Part shown: piece after piece, positions 47,158 to 57,823 of the stretch
Numbering within the stretch: position 1 is the stretch's first letter
How the letters are laid out: each line of letters starts with the position of its first letter
Source of the DNA: an uncultured Clostridia bacterium
GTDB taxonomy: Bacteria; Bacillota; Clostridia; TANB77; CAG-508
DNA: 64,000 nt
Assembly: GCA_944386675.1 (NCBI GenBank)
Contig: CALXBY010000006.1
Location: 330-64,329, forward strand
Reading direction: 5' to 3'
Made by a program: the position numbers and the translations under genes
Notes under the pieces: generated by a model
The model's input: only the letters and a program-made list of their open reading frames with translations
Told to the model about the DNA's origin: nothing
Databases searched by the model: none

Positions 47158-47388
47158 ATGGATAATAAAAAGTCAATAGAATCTGCTAAAAAAAATAATG
47201 AGGATTTCGAGAAAAGAATTAATAGTAAATTAGAAGAAAATTATGAAGTAGGAGAAGATAGTACGAAATACGGAGAATTTATTTCATCATATTTTGCATG
47301 GATATCTTTACCAAATCAAAAAGAAAGGGCAGAAGAACTAGATGCTATGACTAAAAACGAAAACAACAAAAATAAAAGAAAAAATTAG
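47158..47388 (+). CDS. Hypothetical small acidic/basic protein; weak call
   Basis: Open frame with a poor RBS, beginning right after a hairpin and T run. Confidence 0.35.
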   Translation: MDNKKSIESAKKNNEDFEKRINSKLEENYEVGEDSTKYGEFISSYFAWISLPNQKERAEELDAMTKNENNKNKRKN

Positions 47389-47470
47389 AAATAGAGAGAA
47401 ATATATATAAATTTTCTGAAAAATAATTGTATTTGACACAAAAAATCAAAAAAATCAAATAAAAATAAAG

Positions 47471-47498
47471 TTGAAAAAATAAAGAAAGAGCGTATAAT
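47471..47498 (+). promoter_or_regulatory. Sigma-A promoter of the ctsR operon
   Basis: TTGAAA, 16-nt spacer, TATAAT. Confidence 0.7.
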
Positions 47499-47507
47499 AA
47501 TAATGTA

Positions 47508-47531
47508 GGTCAAAGAAAGTCAAAGTCAAAA
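47508..47531 (+). promoter_or_regulatory. CtsR operator (heptad direct repeat)
   Basis: GGTCAAA GAA AGTCAAA GTCAAAA matches the (A/G)GTCAAA-NAN-(A/G)GTCAAA consensus. It lies just downstream of the -10. Confidence 0.85.
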
Positions 47532-47544
47532 GGAGATGAAACCA

Positions 47545-47991
47545 ATGCGAATGTCAGATGTAATAGAAGAATTTATAAAAGATTTATTTGATGAAGACAA
47601 TCAATTAGTAGAAATACAAAGAAATGAATTAGCAGAACATTTTAATTGTGTACCATCACAAATCAATTATGTTATATCAACAAGATTTAAACCATCTCAA
47701 GGTTATTATGTAGAGAGTAAAAGAGGTGGTGGGGGACATATTACAATAAAAAAAGTAAATAATACAAAGTCAGATTATTTTATGCACATTATAAAAAATA
47801 TTGGGGAAGAAATGACTTCTAATGATGTGGACATATTAATCAATGACTTTCTAACTTATAATTTAATAACAAAAGAAGAAGCAAAGCTCTTGAAAGTAGC
47901 AACAAGTGATAATGTATTACTTTTAGCAAAAGATGTAAAAGACAAATTAAGAGCTAAGATATTTAAGAATATGTTATTAAATATAGAATAA
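47545..47991 (+). CDS. ctsR: Class III stress-gene repressor CtsR
   Basis: MRMSDVIEEFIKDLF...PSQINYVISTRF...VESKRGGGGHI. Confidence 0.93.
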   Translation: MRMSDVIEEFIKDLFDEDNQLVEIQRNELAEHFNCVPSQINYVISTRFKPSQGYYVESKRGGGGHITIKKVNNTKSDYFMHIIKNIGEEMTSNDVDILINDFLTYNLITKEEAKLLKVATSDNVLLLAKDVKDKLRAKIFKNMLLNIE

Positions 47992-48004
47992 AGGAGGAAT
48001 TATT

Positions 48005-48571
48005 ATGTTATGTGATAATTGTAAAAAAAGAGAGGCAAATGTAAGATATTCAGAAAATATAAATGGAGTAAGAAGAGAATTGAATCTATGTGAGAAGTGT
48101 AGTAAAAAATTAGGAATTGGTGAAATTGGATTAGATATGCCAATTAATTTTTCAAGTTTTTTTGGAGATTTCATAGAAGATTTTTCAAATGCAGAATTTA
48201 TGCCAATGTTTAATGAATTGAAGACGCTAAAATGTGATCATTGTGGATATACATTTGAAGATATAGCTCATACAGGAAGAGTAGGCTGTGCAAATTGTTA
48301 TGATGTATTTCAAGATAGATTAGATCCTATTATTAGAAGAATTCAAAGTAGTAATCGTCATGTAGGAAGATTAGGAAAAAGCATTGATAAAAAAATAGAA
48401 GAAAAACAAGCAAGAAAAGAAAATAATATGCAAAGTAAAAAAGAAAAAACTCCAGAAGAAAAATTAGAAGGGCTAAAAGAAGATTTGAAACAAGCCATAA
48501 AAGAAGAACGATATGAAGAAGCAGCAAAATTGAGAGATGAAATAAAGAATTTAGAAGAAAACAATAAATAG
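48005..48571 (+). CDS. mcsA: McsA (zinc-finger activator of McsB with a UVR motif)
   Basis: CDNCKKREANV, CEKC, CDHC and CANC cysteine pairs. C-terminal YEEAAKLRDEIK is a UVR-like motif. Confidence 0.88.
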   Translation: MLCDNCKKREANVRYSENINGVRRELNLCEKCSKKLGIGEIGLDMPINFSSFFGDFIEDFSNAEFMPMFNELKTLKCDHCGYTFEDIAHTGRVGCANCYDVFQDRLDPIIRRIQSSNRHVGRLGKSIDKKIEEKQARKENNMQSKKEKTPEEKLEGLKEDLKQAIKEERYEEAAKLRDEIKNLEENNK

Positions 48572-48585
48572 AAAAGAGGGATAAC

Positions 48586-49593
48586 ATGAATTGGTATTTA
48601 CAAAGTGGAAAAGAATCAGATATTGCAATCAATACAAGAATACGATTCTCAAGAAATATACAAGGATATAACTTTCATCTAAGTCCAAAAGAACTACAAG
48701 AATTAGAAAATAAAATTAAAGATAATGTATATCTAATAGGATATGGATTAAGCTTTTTAAAGTTAGAAGATATGGATGATATTACAAAATTAAGTTTAGT
48801 AGAAAAGGGATTAATCAATCATAATTTTGCTTTTGAATCAGGTAATATAGGGGCTATTTTAGTCAATGATGAAGAAAATATTTGTATTATGATAGGCGAA
48901 GATGATCATCTAAAAATACAAGTATTTAGTAGTGGATTAGAGTTAGAAAATACCTTAAATTTAGCAATTGAAATTGATAAAAAGATAGAAGAAATATTTG
49001 GCTATTGTGTTAGCAAACAATATGGATATTTAACAGCTTGTCCGAACAATATTGGAACAGGCTTAAAAGCTTCAGTAAAACTACATTTACCAGCTTTAGC
49101 CAAAACAAGAAATACAGAAAAAGTACTAGAAGCAATTAATAACTTTGGTATTAATATTAAGGGTGTATATGATGAAGAAGGTCATATCGTAGGGGATATG
49201 TATGAGATATCTAATAAAAAGACATTAGGCATCACAGAAAATGAAATTATCCAAAATATTAGAATTGTTGTAGAAAAAGTGATTAAACAAGAAAGAGCAG
49301 CTAGAAGATTTTTAGCAAACGAAGGTATTGAAGTTGAAGATTTGATTTATAGAAATTATGGAATTTTAACAAATTGTAAAAAAATTACTATGGAAGAAGC
49401 ACAAAATTTATTATCCACTGTAAAATTAGGTGTGGATTTAGGAATTTTAAAAGAATTATCTGATTTACAAATACAAAAATTATACTTATACATTCAGCCG
49501 GGCAATTTACAAAAATATTTTGGAGAGCAATACGAAAGATTAGATAGAGAAATCAAAAGAGCAGAAATGATAAAACAAGTGATTAGTCAATAA
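48586..49593 (+). CDS. mcsB: Protein arginine kinase McsB
   Basis: Guanido-kinase motifs: RIRFSRNI, LTACPNNIGTGLKAS. Confidence 0.92.
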   Translation: MNWYLQSGKESDIAINTRIRFSRNIQGYNFHLSPKELQELENKIKDNVYLIGYGLSFLKLEDMDDITKLSLVEKGLINHNFAFESGNIGAILVNDEENICIMIGEDDHLKIQVFSSGLELENTLNLAIEIDKKIEEIFGYCVSKQYGYLTACPNNIGTGLKASVKLHLPALAKTRNTEKVLEAINNFGINIKGVYDEEGHIVGDMYEISNKKTLGITENEIIQNIRIVVEKVIKQERAARRFLANEGIEVEDLIYRNYGILTNCKKITMEEAQNLLSTVKLGVDLGILKELSDLQIQKLYLYIQPGNLQKYFGEQYERLDREIKRAEMIKQVISQ

Positions 49594-49613
49594 GAAAAAT
49601 ATTTTTCTGCAAT

Positions 49614-49641
49614 AAAAAATAGCCTCACAAGGAGGCTTTTA
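49614..49641. terminator. Bidirectional hairpin terminator between mcsB and the antisense small ORF
   Basis: agcctc acaag gaggct. The T run is stronger on the minus strand. Confidence 0.55.
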
Positions 49642-49809
49642 GGAATTTCCAAAATTGGTTGTGGACAAAATTTTTATAATTTTTTTTAGTATATCACAGA
49701 TAGCCATAGTGGCTAGACCGATTGCAAACAATATACACCCGATGTCTTTCTCGGGATTTACTAAAAAATTAATAGCTGCTAAAATAAAAATTATTGTACA
49801 ATATTTCAT
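49639..49809 (-). CDS. Small hydrophobic protein (56 aa), antisense between mcsB and clpC; absent from the ORF track
   Basis: AGGAGGA lies 7 nt upstream of the ATG. Sequence MKYCTIIFILAAINFLVNPEKDIGCILFAIGLATMAICDILKKIIKILSTTNFGNS has two hydrophobic helices. Confidence 0.55.
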   Translation of the reverse strand: MKYCTIIFILAAINFLVNPEKDIGCILFAIGLATMAICDILKKIIKILSTTNFGNS

Positions 49810-49933
49810 GGAAAAATCCTCCTATGGGTAAAACACAATCCAAGAAAGAACTTGGATATTAACAGTTACAATGCTAAATAACATAACTAAATTATATCAT
49901 ATATTGAAACAAAAATAAAGAAAAAATAGAAAA

Positions 49934-49964
49934 TGTCTCAAACAGAAACGTCCCTAATAGGACA
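49934..49964. repeat. Short GGGAC-family element
   Basis: tgtctcaaacagaaacgtccctaataggaca is homologous to 57781-57811 (tgtcccaaatagaaacgtccccaacttgaca). Confidence 0.6.
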
Positions 49965-49994
49965 AATGAATAATAGAAAGGTAAGGTGATAAAT

Positions 49995-52463
49995 ATGACA
50001 TATGATTTTACAAGTAGAGCAAAGAAAGCAATAGAAATTGCAAATGATGTAGCAATAGAATTAGGACATAGATATATTGGAACAGAACATTTGCTATATG
50101 GTTTGGCAAAAGAAGGTAGTGGTGTGGCATCTAAAGTATTAGAAAATCAAGAAATTACACCAGAAAATATTATAGATGTAACCATTGAATTGGTTGGAAA
50201 GGATGAACCGATTGATGAAACATTAGGGTTTACGCCAAGAACGAAAAGAGTTATTGAGAATGCATTTATAGAAGCAAGAAAATTAGGATATAACTATATA
50301 GGAACAGAACATCTTTTAATTGGATTATTAAGAGAAGGAGACAGTGTAGCAGCAAGAATTTTAATTGAATTAAATGTGAATATTCCAAAACTATATGGAG
50401 AAATCATAAGAGTTATTAATGAAGGTGAAGATTTAGCAGGAGAAAGTGACTCTAAAAATGGAAGAAGAAAATCTGGAAGCTATAACCAAACACCAACATT
50501 AAATCAATTTGGTGAAGATTTAACAGAAAAAGCAAAAGAAGGAAAATTGGACCCAATTATCGGAAGAAAAGAAGAAATTGAAAGAGTTATCCAAATTTTA
50601 TCAAGAAGAACCAAAAATAATCCTTGTTTAATTGGTGAACCAGGTGTTGGTAAAACGGCTGTTGCAGAAGGATTAGCACAAAAAATTGTGACAGGAGATG
50701 TTCCAGAAATTTTAAAGAATAAAAGAGTAGTAACAGTTGATATTTCTAGCATGGTAGCTGGAGCAAAATATAGAGGAGATTTTGAAGAAAGAATCAAAAA
50801 AGCATTAAACGAAGTTAAAAAAGCAGGAGATGTTATCCTATTTATTGATGAAGTTCATACAATTGTAGGAGCAGGTTCAGCAGAAGGTGCGATTGATGCA
50901 GCAAATATATTAAAACCATTACTAGCAAGAGGAGAAATTCAATTAGTAGGTGCCACAACTTTAAATGAATATAGAAAATTCATTGAAAAGGATTCTGCTT
51001 TAGAGAGAAGATTTAGCCCGGTAACGGTTAATGAGCCATCAGAAAAAGATACAATTACCATTTTGAAAGGTATCAAGGACAAATATGAGGCACATCATAA
51101 TGTCAAAATAACAGATGAAGCAATTGATGCAGCAGTTAAATTATCTGTTAGATATATTAATGATAGATATTTACCAGATAAAGCAATTGACTTGATTGAT
51201 GAGGCAGCATCAAGGGCAAGACTAAAAACATATATAGAACCAGATTCTTTAAAAGAATTGGAAGAGGAACTTGCAAATGTGACAAAAGATAAAGAAGAAG
51301 CAGTTAAGATACAAAAATTTGAAAAAGCAGCATCCTTAAGAGATAAAGAAAGAGAATTAAAAGCGAGATATGAAAAAGAACAAAATAAATGGAAAAATAA
51401 AAACAATAAATCTGTAACAGACATTACAGAGGAAAATATTGCAGAAGTCATTGCTAGTTGGACTGGAATACCTGCTAAAAAGATTACAGAAGATGAAAAT
51501 GAAAGACTAAAACATTTAGAAGAAAATTTACATGAAAGAGTAATCGGACAAAATGAAGCAGTAGAAGCAGTTGCAAAAGCAATTAGAAGAGGAAGAGTTG
51601 GATTAAAAGATCCAAAAAGACCAATTGGTTCATTTCTATTTTTAGGACCAACAGGTGTGGGTAAGACAGAACTATCAAAAGCATTAGCAGAATGTTTATT
51701 TGGTGATGAAAATGCCATGATAAGAATTGATATGTCTGAATATATGGAACCACATTCTGTGTCTAAATTAATTGGTTCACCTCCAGGATATGTGGGATTT
51801 GATGAAGGTGGTCAATTAACGGAAAAAATAAGGAGAAAACCATATTCTGTTATCTTGTTTGATGAAATTGAAAAAGCACATCCAGATGTAATGAATATGT
51901 TACTTCAAATTCTAGAAGATGGTAGATTAACAGATAGCCAAGGAAGAACGGTTAACTTTAAAAATACAGTTATCATCATGACTTCTAATATTGGGGCAAG
52001 ACTTATTACAGACAAAAAATCTTTAGGTTTTTCAGCAGATGTATCAAGTTTAGATGAAGATAAAAAAGAAGAAAAATCTAAAAAAGAATATGAAGAAACT
52101 AAAAAAGAAGTTATGGAAGCTTTGAAAAAAGAATTAAGACCAGAATTTATTAATCGTATTGATGAAATTATTGTATTCCATAAATTAACAGATAAAGAAA
52201 TTGATAAAATTATTGATATTATGCTAAAAGAAGTGGTTGGCAGATTAAAAGACCAAAAAATAGAAATAGAATTACAGCCATCTGTAAAAAAACTAATTGC
52301 AAGTAAAGGAATTGATAAGAATTTTGGCGCAAGACCTTTAAGAAGAACAATTCAAAGCATATTAGAAGATAGTTTAGCAGAAGAAATATTAGATGGAAAA
52401 TTGAAAAAGAATAAAATAAATAAAATTGGTGTTAAAGACGAAAAAGTAATAGTTGAGAAATAA
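49995..52463 (+). CDS. clpC: ATP-dependent Clp protease ATP-binding subunit ClpC
   Basis: Clp_N repeats, two AAA+ modules (GEPGVGKTA, GPTGVGKTE), UVR linker. Confidence 0.95.
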   Translation: MTYDFTSRAKKAIEIANDVAIELGHRYIGTEHLLYGLAKEGSGVASKVLENQEITPENIIDVTIELVGKDEPIDETLGFTPRTKRVIENAFIEARKLGYNYIGTEHLLIGLLREGDSVAARILIELNVNIPKLYGEIIRVINEGEDLAGESDSKNGRRKSGSYNQTPTLNQFGEDLTEKAKEGKLDPIIGRKEEIERVIQILSRRTKNNPCLIGEPGVGKTAVAEGLAQKIVTGDVPEILKNKRVVTVDISSMVAGAKYRGDFEERIKKALNEVKKAGDVILFIDEVHTIVGAGSAEGAIDAANILKPLLARGEIQLVGATTLNEYRKFIEKDSALERRFSPVTVNEPSEKDTITILKGIKDKYEAHHNVKITDEAIDAAVKLSVRYINDRYLPDKAIDLIDEAASRARLKTYIEPDSLKELEEELANVTKDKEEAVKIQKFEKAASLRDKERELKARYEKEQNKWKNKNNKSVTDITEENIAEVIASWTGIPAKKITEDENERLKHLEENLHERVIGQNEAVEAVAKAIRRGRVGLKDPKRPIGSFLFLGPTGVGKTELSKALAECLFGDENAMIRIDMSEYMEPHSVSKLIGSPPGYVGFDEGGQLTEKIRRKPYSVILFDEIEKAHPDVMNMLLQILEDGRLTDSQGRTVNFKNTVIIMTSNIGARLITDKKSLGFSADVSSLDEDKKEEKSKKEYEETKKEVMEALKKELRPEFINRIDEIIVFHKLTDKEIDKIIDIMLKEVVGRLKDQKIEIELQPSVKKLIASKGIDKNFGARPLRRTIQSILEDSLAEEILDGKLKKNKINKIGVKDEKVIVEK

Positions 52464-52465
52464 GG

Positions 52466-52494
52466 TGAACTTTAGGGACAGTCTTTAAAGTTCA
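52466..52494. repeat. Hairpin with a GGGACAG loop directly after the clpC stop
   Basis: tgaacttta GGGACAGTCT ttaaagttca. Confidence 0.5.
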
Positions 52495-52520
52495 GTACAA
52501 ATGAAAAGGCATTCCTAGAG

Positions 52521-52556
52521 AAAAAGAAAGCCTTGGGTTACAAGGCTTTCTTTTTG
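52521..52556. terminator. Bidirectional terminator shared by clpC (+) and the cupin gene (-)
   Basis: aaagaaagccttg ggtta caaggctttcttt with T runs on both strands. It overlaps the last codons of the cupin CDS. Confidence 0.8.
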
Positions 52557-52810
52557 ATAGACAACAGACAAACTACATGGTCGGTATTGTTTTCAAATTC
52601 ATGAGATTGTCCTTGCGGACAGTGAAATACTTCGCCTGTTGATTCGTTGATATACCATTCACAATCGGTTTCATGTTTGTGCAGCCGAATTTTTGAATGG
52701 GGTAACACGATTAATCTTCCGAAGGTGTAAGTACCGTCGGAAAATAAGGTCTTGGAGATAACCTCTCCTTTTTCAACTACGCTCTCTGGAAGGTCTGTCC
52801 AATCATTCAT
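52538..52810 (-). CDS. Small cupin-domain protein in a GC-rich islet
   Basis: HKHETDCEWY...GQSHEF is a cupin metal-site-like motif. Base composition is visibly richer in G+C than the neighbours. Confidence 0.7.
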   Translation of the reverse strand: MNDWTDLPESVVEKGEVISKTLFSDGTYTFGRLIVLPHSKIRLHKHETDCEWYINESTGEVFHCPQGQSHEFENNTDHVVCLLSIKKKAL

Positions 52811-52974
52811 AATAATTTAATTCTCCTTTCAGTTGGGTGAAAAATTTTTTTCGGTACCAAAAAAAGTATATCATAAATTTACATAAATAGCAAGATTGTG
52901 GATTTAGGCATATATTGAAAAATCAAGGAATACAATAAATGTGTGAACTTTATGTGAAAAATCAAAAAATACTA

Positions 52975-53003
52975 TTGACATTTCATAAAAATGGGTATAC
53001 ATT
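52975..53003 (+). promoter_or_regulatory. Sigma-A promoter of groESL
   Basis: TTGACA plus TATACA/TACATT with a 15-17 nt spacer. Confidence 0.6.
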
Positions 53004-53004
53004 A

Positions 53005-53031
53005 TTAGCAGTCACAAAGATAGAGTGCTAA
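53005..53031 (+). promoter_or_regulatory. CIRCE element (HrcA operator)
   Basis: TTAGCAGTC-N9-GAGTGCTAA against the consensus TTAGCACTC-N9-GAGTGCTAA. Confidence 0.9.
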
Positions 53032-53051
53032 AAATAAAGGAGGTAATTTAA

Positions 53052-53333
<282 letters not shown>

Positions 53334-53344
53334 GATTGTTGCTA

Positions 53345-55070
<1,726 letters not shown>

Positions 55071-55099
55071 TAAATATAAATGATTTGAATATAACAAAT

Positions 55100-55137
55100 A
55101 AAAATAGAACGTTTGTAATAAACGTTCTATTTTTTTA
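55100..55137. terminator. Bidirectional terminator after groEL
   Basis: atagaacgtt tgtaata aacgttctat plus T6. Confidence 0.8.
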
Positions 55138-55575
55138 TGAATAAACAATTAAAAGTATAGTTGGTATTAAAATCGCAATAAGGATTAATACAATACCTAC
55201 TATGGTAAAGATTGTTCCAAAAGTTTTAGGAAGCGTTTCTTCAGCAACATAATATTCATTATAATTTTCTGGATTAAAATAAATTTCTACATCTTGTCCA
55301 ATAGCAAATTTTGATTCTGAAAAACCATATAAAGATTCTTTAACATATTTTAAATTTTCTATTGTATACTCAAATACAGGATGCCAACTATAAGTATAGG
55401 TATTACTCAAACCTCTATTTTCATGTTTAAGAATATCAACAACTTTTGCGTGAGTTTTAGATGTGCAGTTTTTTTCTTTTGTTTTTTGTTTTTTTAAAAT
55501 GGCAATTCCGATAATAAAGAAAATAATTCCAATTAATCCCGAAATCCCGGAAAACATAGCAATAAAAATTTTCAT
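55135..55575 (-). CDS. DUF3592-like membrane protein (TM, beta domain, TM)
   Basis: Architecture only. Start chosen at MKIFIAMF; the frame is open to 55620. Confidence 0.55.
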   Translation of the reverse strand: MKIFIAMFSGISGLIGIIFFIIGIAILKKQKTKEKNCTSKTHAKVVDILKHENRGLSNTYTYSWHPVFEYTIENLKYVKESLYGFSESKFAIGQDVEIYFNPENYNEYYVAEETLPKTFGTIFTIVGIVLILIAILIPTILLIVYS

Positions 55576-55785
55576 ATTTACAATACTCCTATCAAATTTA
55601 TTATATATTTTGTATATCATTATATTTAAAAAAAGTCAATTTATTTTAAAAGTTATATGGAGATAACCTTTAAAAGATAAAAATGTAAAGTATACACTAC
55701 GTTTTGACAAGTAAACTTGACAAAATGTAAGAAAAATGTTATTATAAAATTAGATAGTTAATTTGATAAATAAGGGGGAATTTAT

Positions 55786-56097
55786 ATGAATAAAGAAGAG
55801 ATTTTAGCAAAAGCACAAAAAGGTTCTGATGAAATGGAACAAGCAGTTTTAACAAAATCTTTAGGAATTAGTACAATTGTTATACCTATTTTATGTCTTG
55901 TATGCATACTAATAAGAATCTATTTTGCAGAATATATGATTAGTGACTTGATTGTAATTACTCTTGCACAGTTAAGTATTTCAGAATTTTATCAATATTT
56001 TAAAATGAAGAAAATACATATGTTAATATTAGGAACTTGCACAACAATATTAGCAATTATATTTGCTTTTAGCTTCATTAATGAGGTGAGATTATGA
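55786..56097 (+). CDS. Small membrane protein paired with an XRE regulator
   Basis: Three hydrophobic helices. 4-nt overlap with the next gene. Confidence 0.6.
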   Translation: MNKEEILAKAQKGSDEMEQAVLTKSLGISTIVIPILCLVCILIRIYFAEYMISDLIVITLAQLSISEFYQYFKMKKIHMLILGTCTTILAIIFAFSFINEVRL

Positions 56098-56303
56098 AAG
56101 AAAATTTAATTTTAAAAAATAAATTAAAATTAGCAAGAGTAGAAAAAGAGTTATCTCAAGATGAATTAGCAAAATTAGTAGGTGTATCAAGACAGACAAT
56201 TAGCTCAATTGAAACTGGACAATTTTGTCCGACTGCAAAATTAGCATTATTGTTATGTATTGCTTTAGATAAAAAATTTGAAGATATATTTTATTTCGAA
56301 TAA
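56094..56303 (+). CDS. XRE-family helix-turn-helix transcriptional regulator
   Basis: LSQDELAKLVGVSRQTISSIETG. Confidence 0.88.
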   Translation: MKENLILKNKLKLARVEKELSQDELAKLVGVSRQTISSIETGQFCPTAKLALLLCIALDKKFEDIFYFE

Positions 56304-56317
56304 AAGGGGATGGTCTT

Positions 56318-57040
56318 ATGAAAAAATTTTTAAATATACGAAATATATTAATTATATTGATTATTATAATAGCAGTTGTTTTTATTTGTTTAGGAAGATC
56401 TGATAATCCTAAAGATTCAAAGGCATATCAATTATTTAATCGTTTTTATGAATATGGTCCAGAATATGGTCATAATGAGAATAATACGACTATGAAATTG
56501 GAAAATACAGGAGATAAAGAAATTACATGGATTTATGCAACAGATTATGATAATGAAAGAGAAATTGTATCTTCTATAACCCTTGGTCAAACTTCAAAAG
56601 AAACAAAACAACATGTACAATTAGTAAATATAACATCAAAAGAGGGAAGAGAGTCATACATTATGCTTGATGCAGACAAAATGTGTTATAAATTTGATAC
56701 AGCAAAGGAAGATGCTAGTGAAATTTATGCTAGTTGGGCACGAAATGTTATAGATTTAATTACTAATAATTCATATTATACAAGAGGATATGAATGGGTA
56801 GATGGAAATTTTATGTATTATGAATATTTTAAAGATACAGACATAAAATTTTATTTTGATTCTGATGGAGAATTAAGGTATTTAAGTGCTAGAATATTAG
56901 ATAGCAGTGTAAGTTCTAATCCTGATGAGGAATCATATATATATAAAGTTACAATCTCTCATGATAGCATAGATAATTCTTTAATCCAAATACCAGAAGA
57001 CTATGAGATAATAGATGCAGAACAAAATGGAATAGATTAA
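56318..57040 (+). CDS. Hypothetical membrane-anchored or secreted protein
   Basis: N-terminal signal/anchor with LG-R-S after the helix. No recognisable domain. Confidence 0.6.
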   Translation: MKKFLNIRNILIILIIIIAVVFICLGRSDNPKDSKAYQLFNRFYEYGPEYGHNENNTTMKLENTGDKEITWIYATDYDNEREIVSSITLGQTSKETKQHVQLVNITSKEGRESYIMLDADKMCYKFDTAKEDASEIYASWARNVIDLITNNSYYTRGYEWVDGNFMYYEYFKDTDIKFYFDSDGELRYLSARILDSSVSSNPDEESYIYKVTISHDSIDNSLIQIPEDYEIIDAEQNGID

Positions 57041-57062
57041 TATATATAGGTAAATATATAAT

Positions 57063-57096
57063 AAAAAAGAAACTAAGTTATCTTAGTTTCTTTTTT
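57063..57096. terminator. Bidirectional terminator (the + gene and the minus-strand tRNA operon)
   Basis: agaaactaag ttat cttagtttct flanked by A and T runs. Confidence 0.8.
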
Positions 57097-57172
<76 letters not shown>

Positions 57173-57198
57173 ATGATTTTGAATAATTTACAAAAAAA

Positions 57199-57275
57199 TG
57201 GCGACCCGGAACGGGCTCGAACCGTCGACCTCTAGCGTGACAGGCTAGCGTTCTAACCAACTGAACTACCGGGCC
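57199..57275 (-). tRNA. tRNA-Asp (GUC), CCA encoded
   Basis: Reverse complement GGCCCGGTAGTTCAGTTGGTTAGAACGCTAGCCTGTCACGCTAG...CCGGGTCGCCA. Confidence 0.93.
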
Positions 57276-57284
57276 GTAAAAACA

Positions 57285-57360
57285 TGGTGGTCGCTACAGG
57301 GCTCGAACCTGTGACCCCCTGCTTGTAAGGCAGATGCTCTCCCAGCTGAGCTAAGCGACC
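57285..57360 (-). tRNA. tRNA-Val (UAC), CCA encoded
   Basis: Reverse complement GGTCGCTTAGCTCAGCTGGGAGAGCATCTGCCTTACAAGCAG...AGCGACCACCA. Confidence 0.93.
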
Positions 57361-57380
57361 ATGTCCTTTCGACGAAATCT

Positions 57381-57409
57381 AGTATACAAAATTTTTGATA
57401 AGTTGTCAA
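57381..57409 (-). promoter_or_regulatory. Sigma-A promoter of the Val-Asp-Phe tRNA operon
   Basis: On the minus strand: TTGACA, 17-nt spacer, TATACT. Confidence 0.75.
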
Positions 57410-57605
57410 TACATTTTTATAAAAAATTTGAAAAAAATTAAAATAATTTTTTAAAATAACTAAAAAACACCAGAATATCAACAGTTTAAAAGAATAGAAA
57501 ATAAAAAAAGAAATAGTAACACAAATTCATAAAAAACATATTATATATCATACAGAAGAAAGAAAAAAAGAAACATAGTTCTTTTAACGGAAGGAGGTCT
57601 AGACT

Positions 57606-57722
57606 ATGCCAGAGAACAGAGGATGTGGAGGATTCGGATTTGGTGATGACTGCTGCTGGATTATAATCCTTATATTATTAATATGCTGTTGTTGCGGAGG
57701 TAACAGAGGAGGATGTTGCTAA
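57606..57722 (+). CDS. Tiny Cys/Gly-rich membrane peptide (38 aa), YjcZ-like; absent from the ORF track
   Basis: GGAAGGAGG lies 9 nt upstream. Sequence MPENRGCGGFGFGDDCCWIIILILLICCCCGGNRGGCC. Own terminator at 57747-57775. Confidence 0.65.
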   Translation: MPENRGCGGFGFGDDCCWIIILILLICCCCGGNRGGCC

Positions 57723-57746
57723 TCCTTTAATAGTTACTAAATAAAA

Positions 57747-57775
57747 AAGAGAAGTGTTTTTCACTTCTCTTTTCA
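57747..57775 (+). terminator. Rho-independent terminator
   Basis: aagagaagtg ttttt cacttctctt plus T run. Confidence 0.8.
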
Positions 57776-57779
57776 ATAT

Positions 57780-57823
57780 ATGTCCCAAATAGAAACGTCC
57801 CCAACTTGACACAATTGGGACAT
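57780..57823. repeat. GGGAC-family hairpin abutting the fadD-like stop codon
   Basis: atgtcccaa...ttgggacat 9-bp stem. The loop contains gaaacgtcccc. Confidence 0.65.

Noticed and set aside
57266-57481. 71-aa minus-strand ORF
   Set aside because: It overlaps tRNA-Asp and tRNA-Val and their promoter, so it is an artefact.
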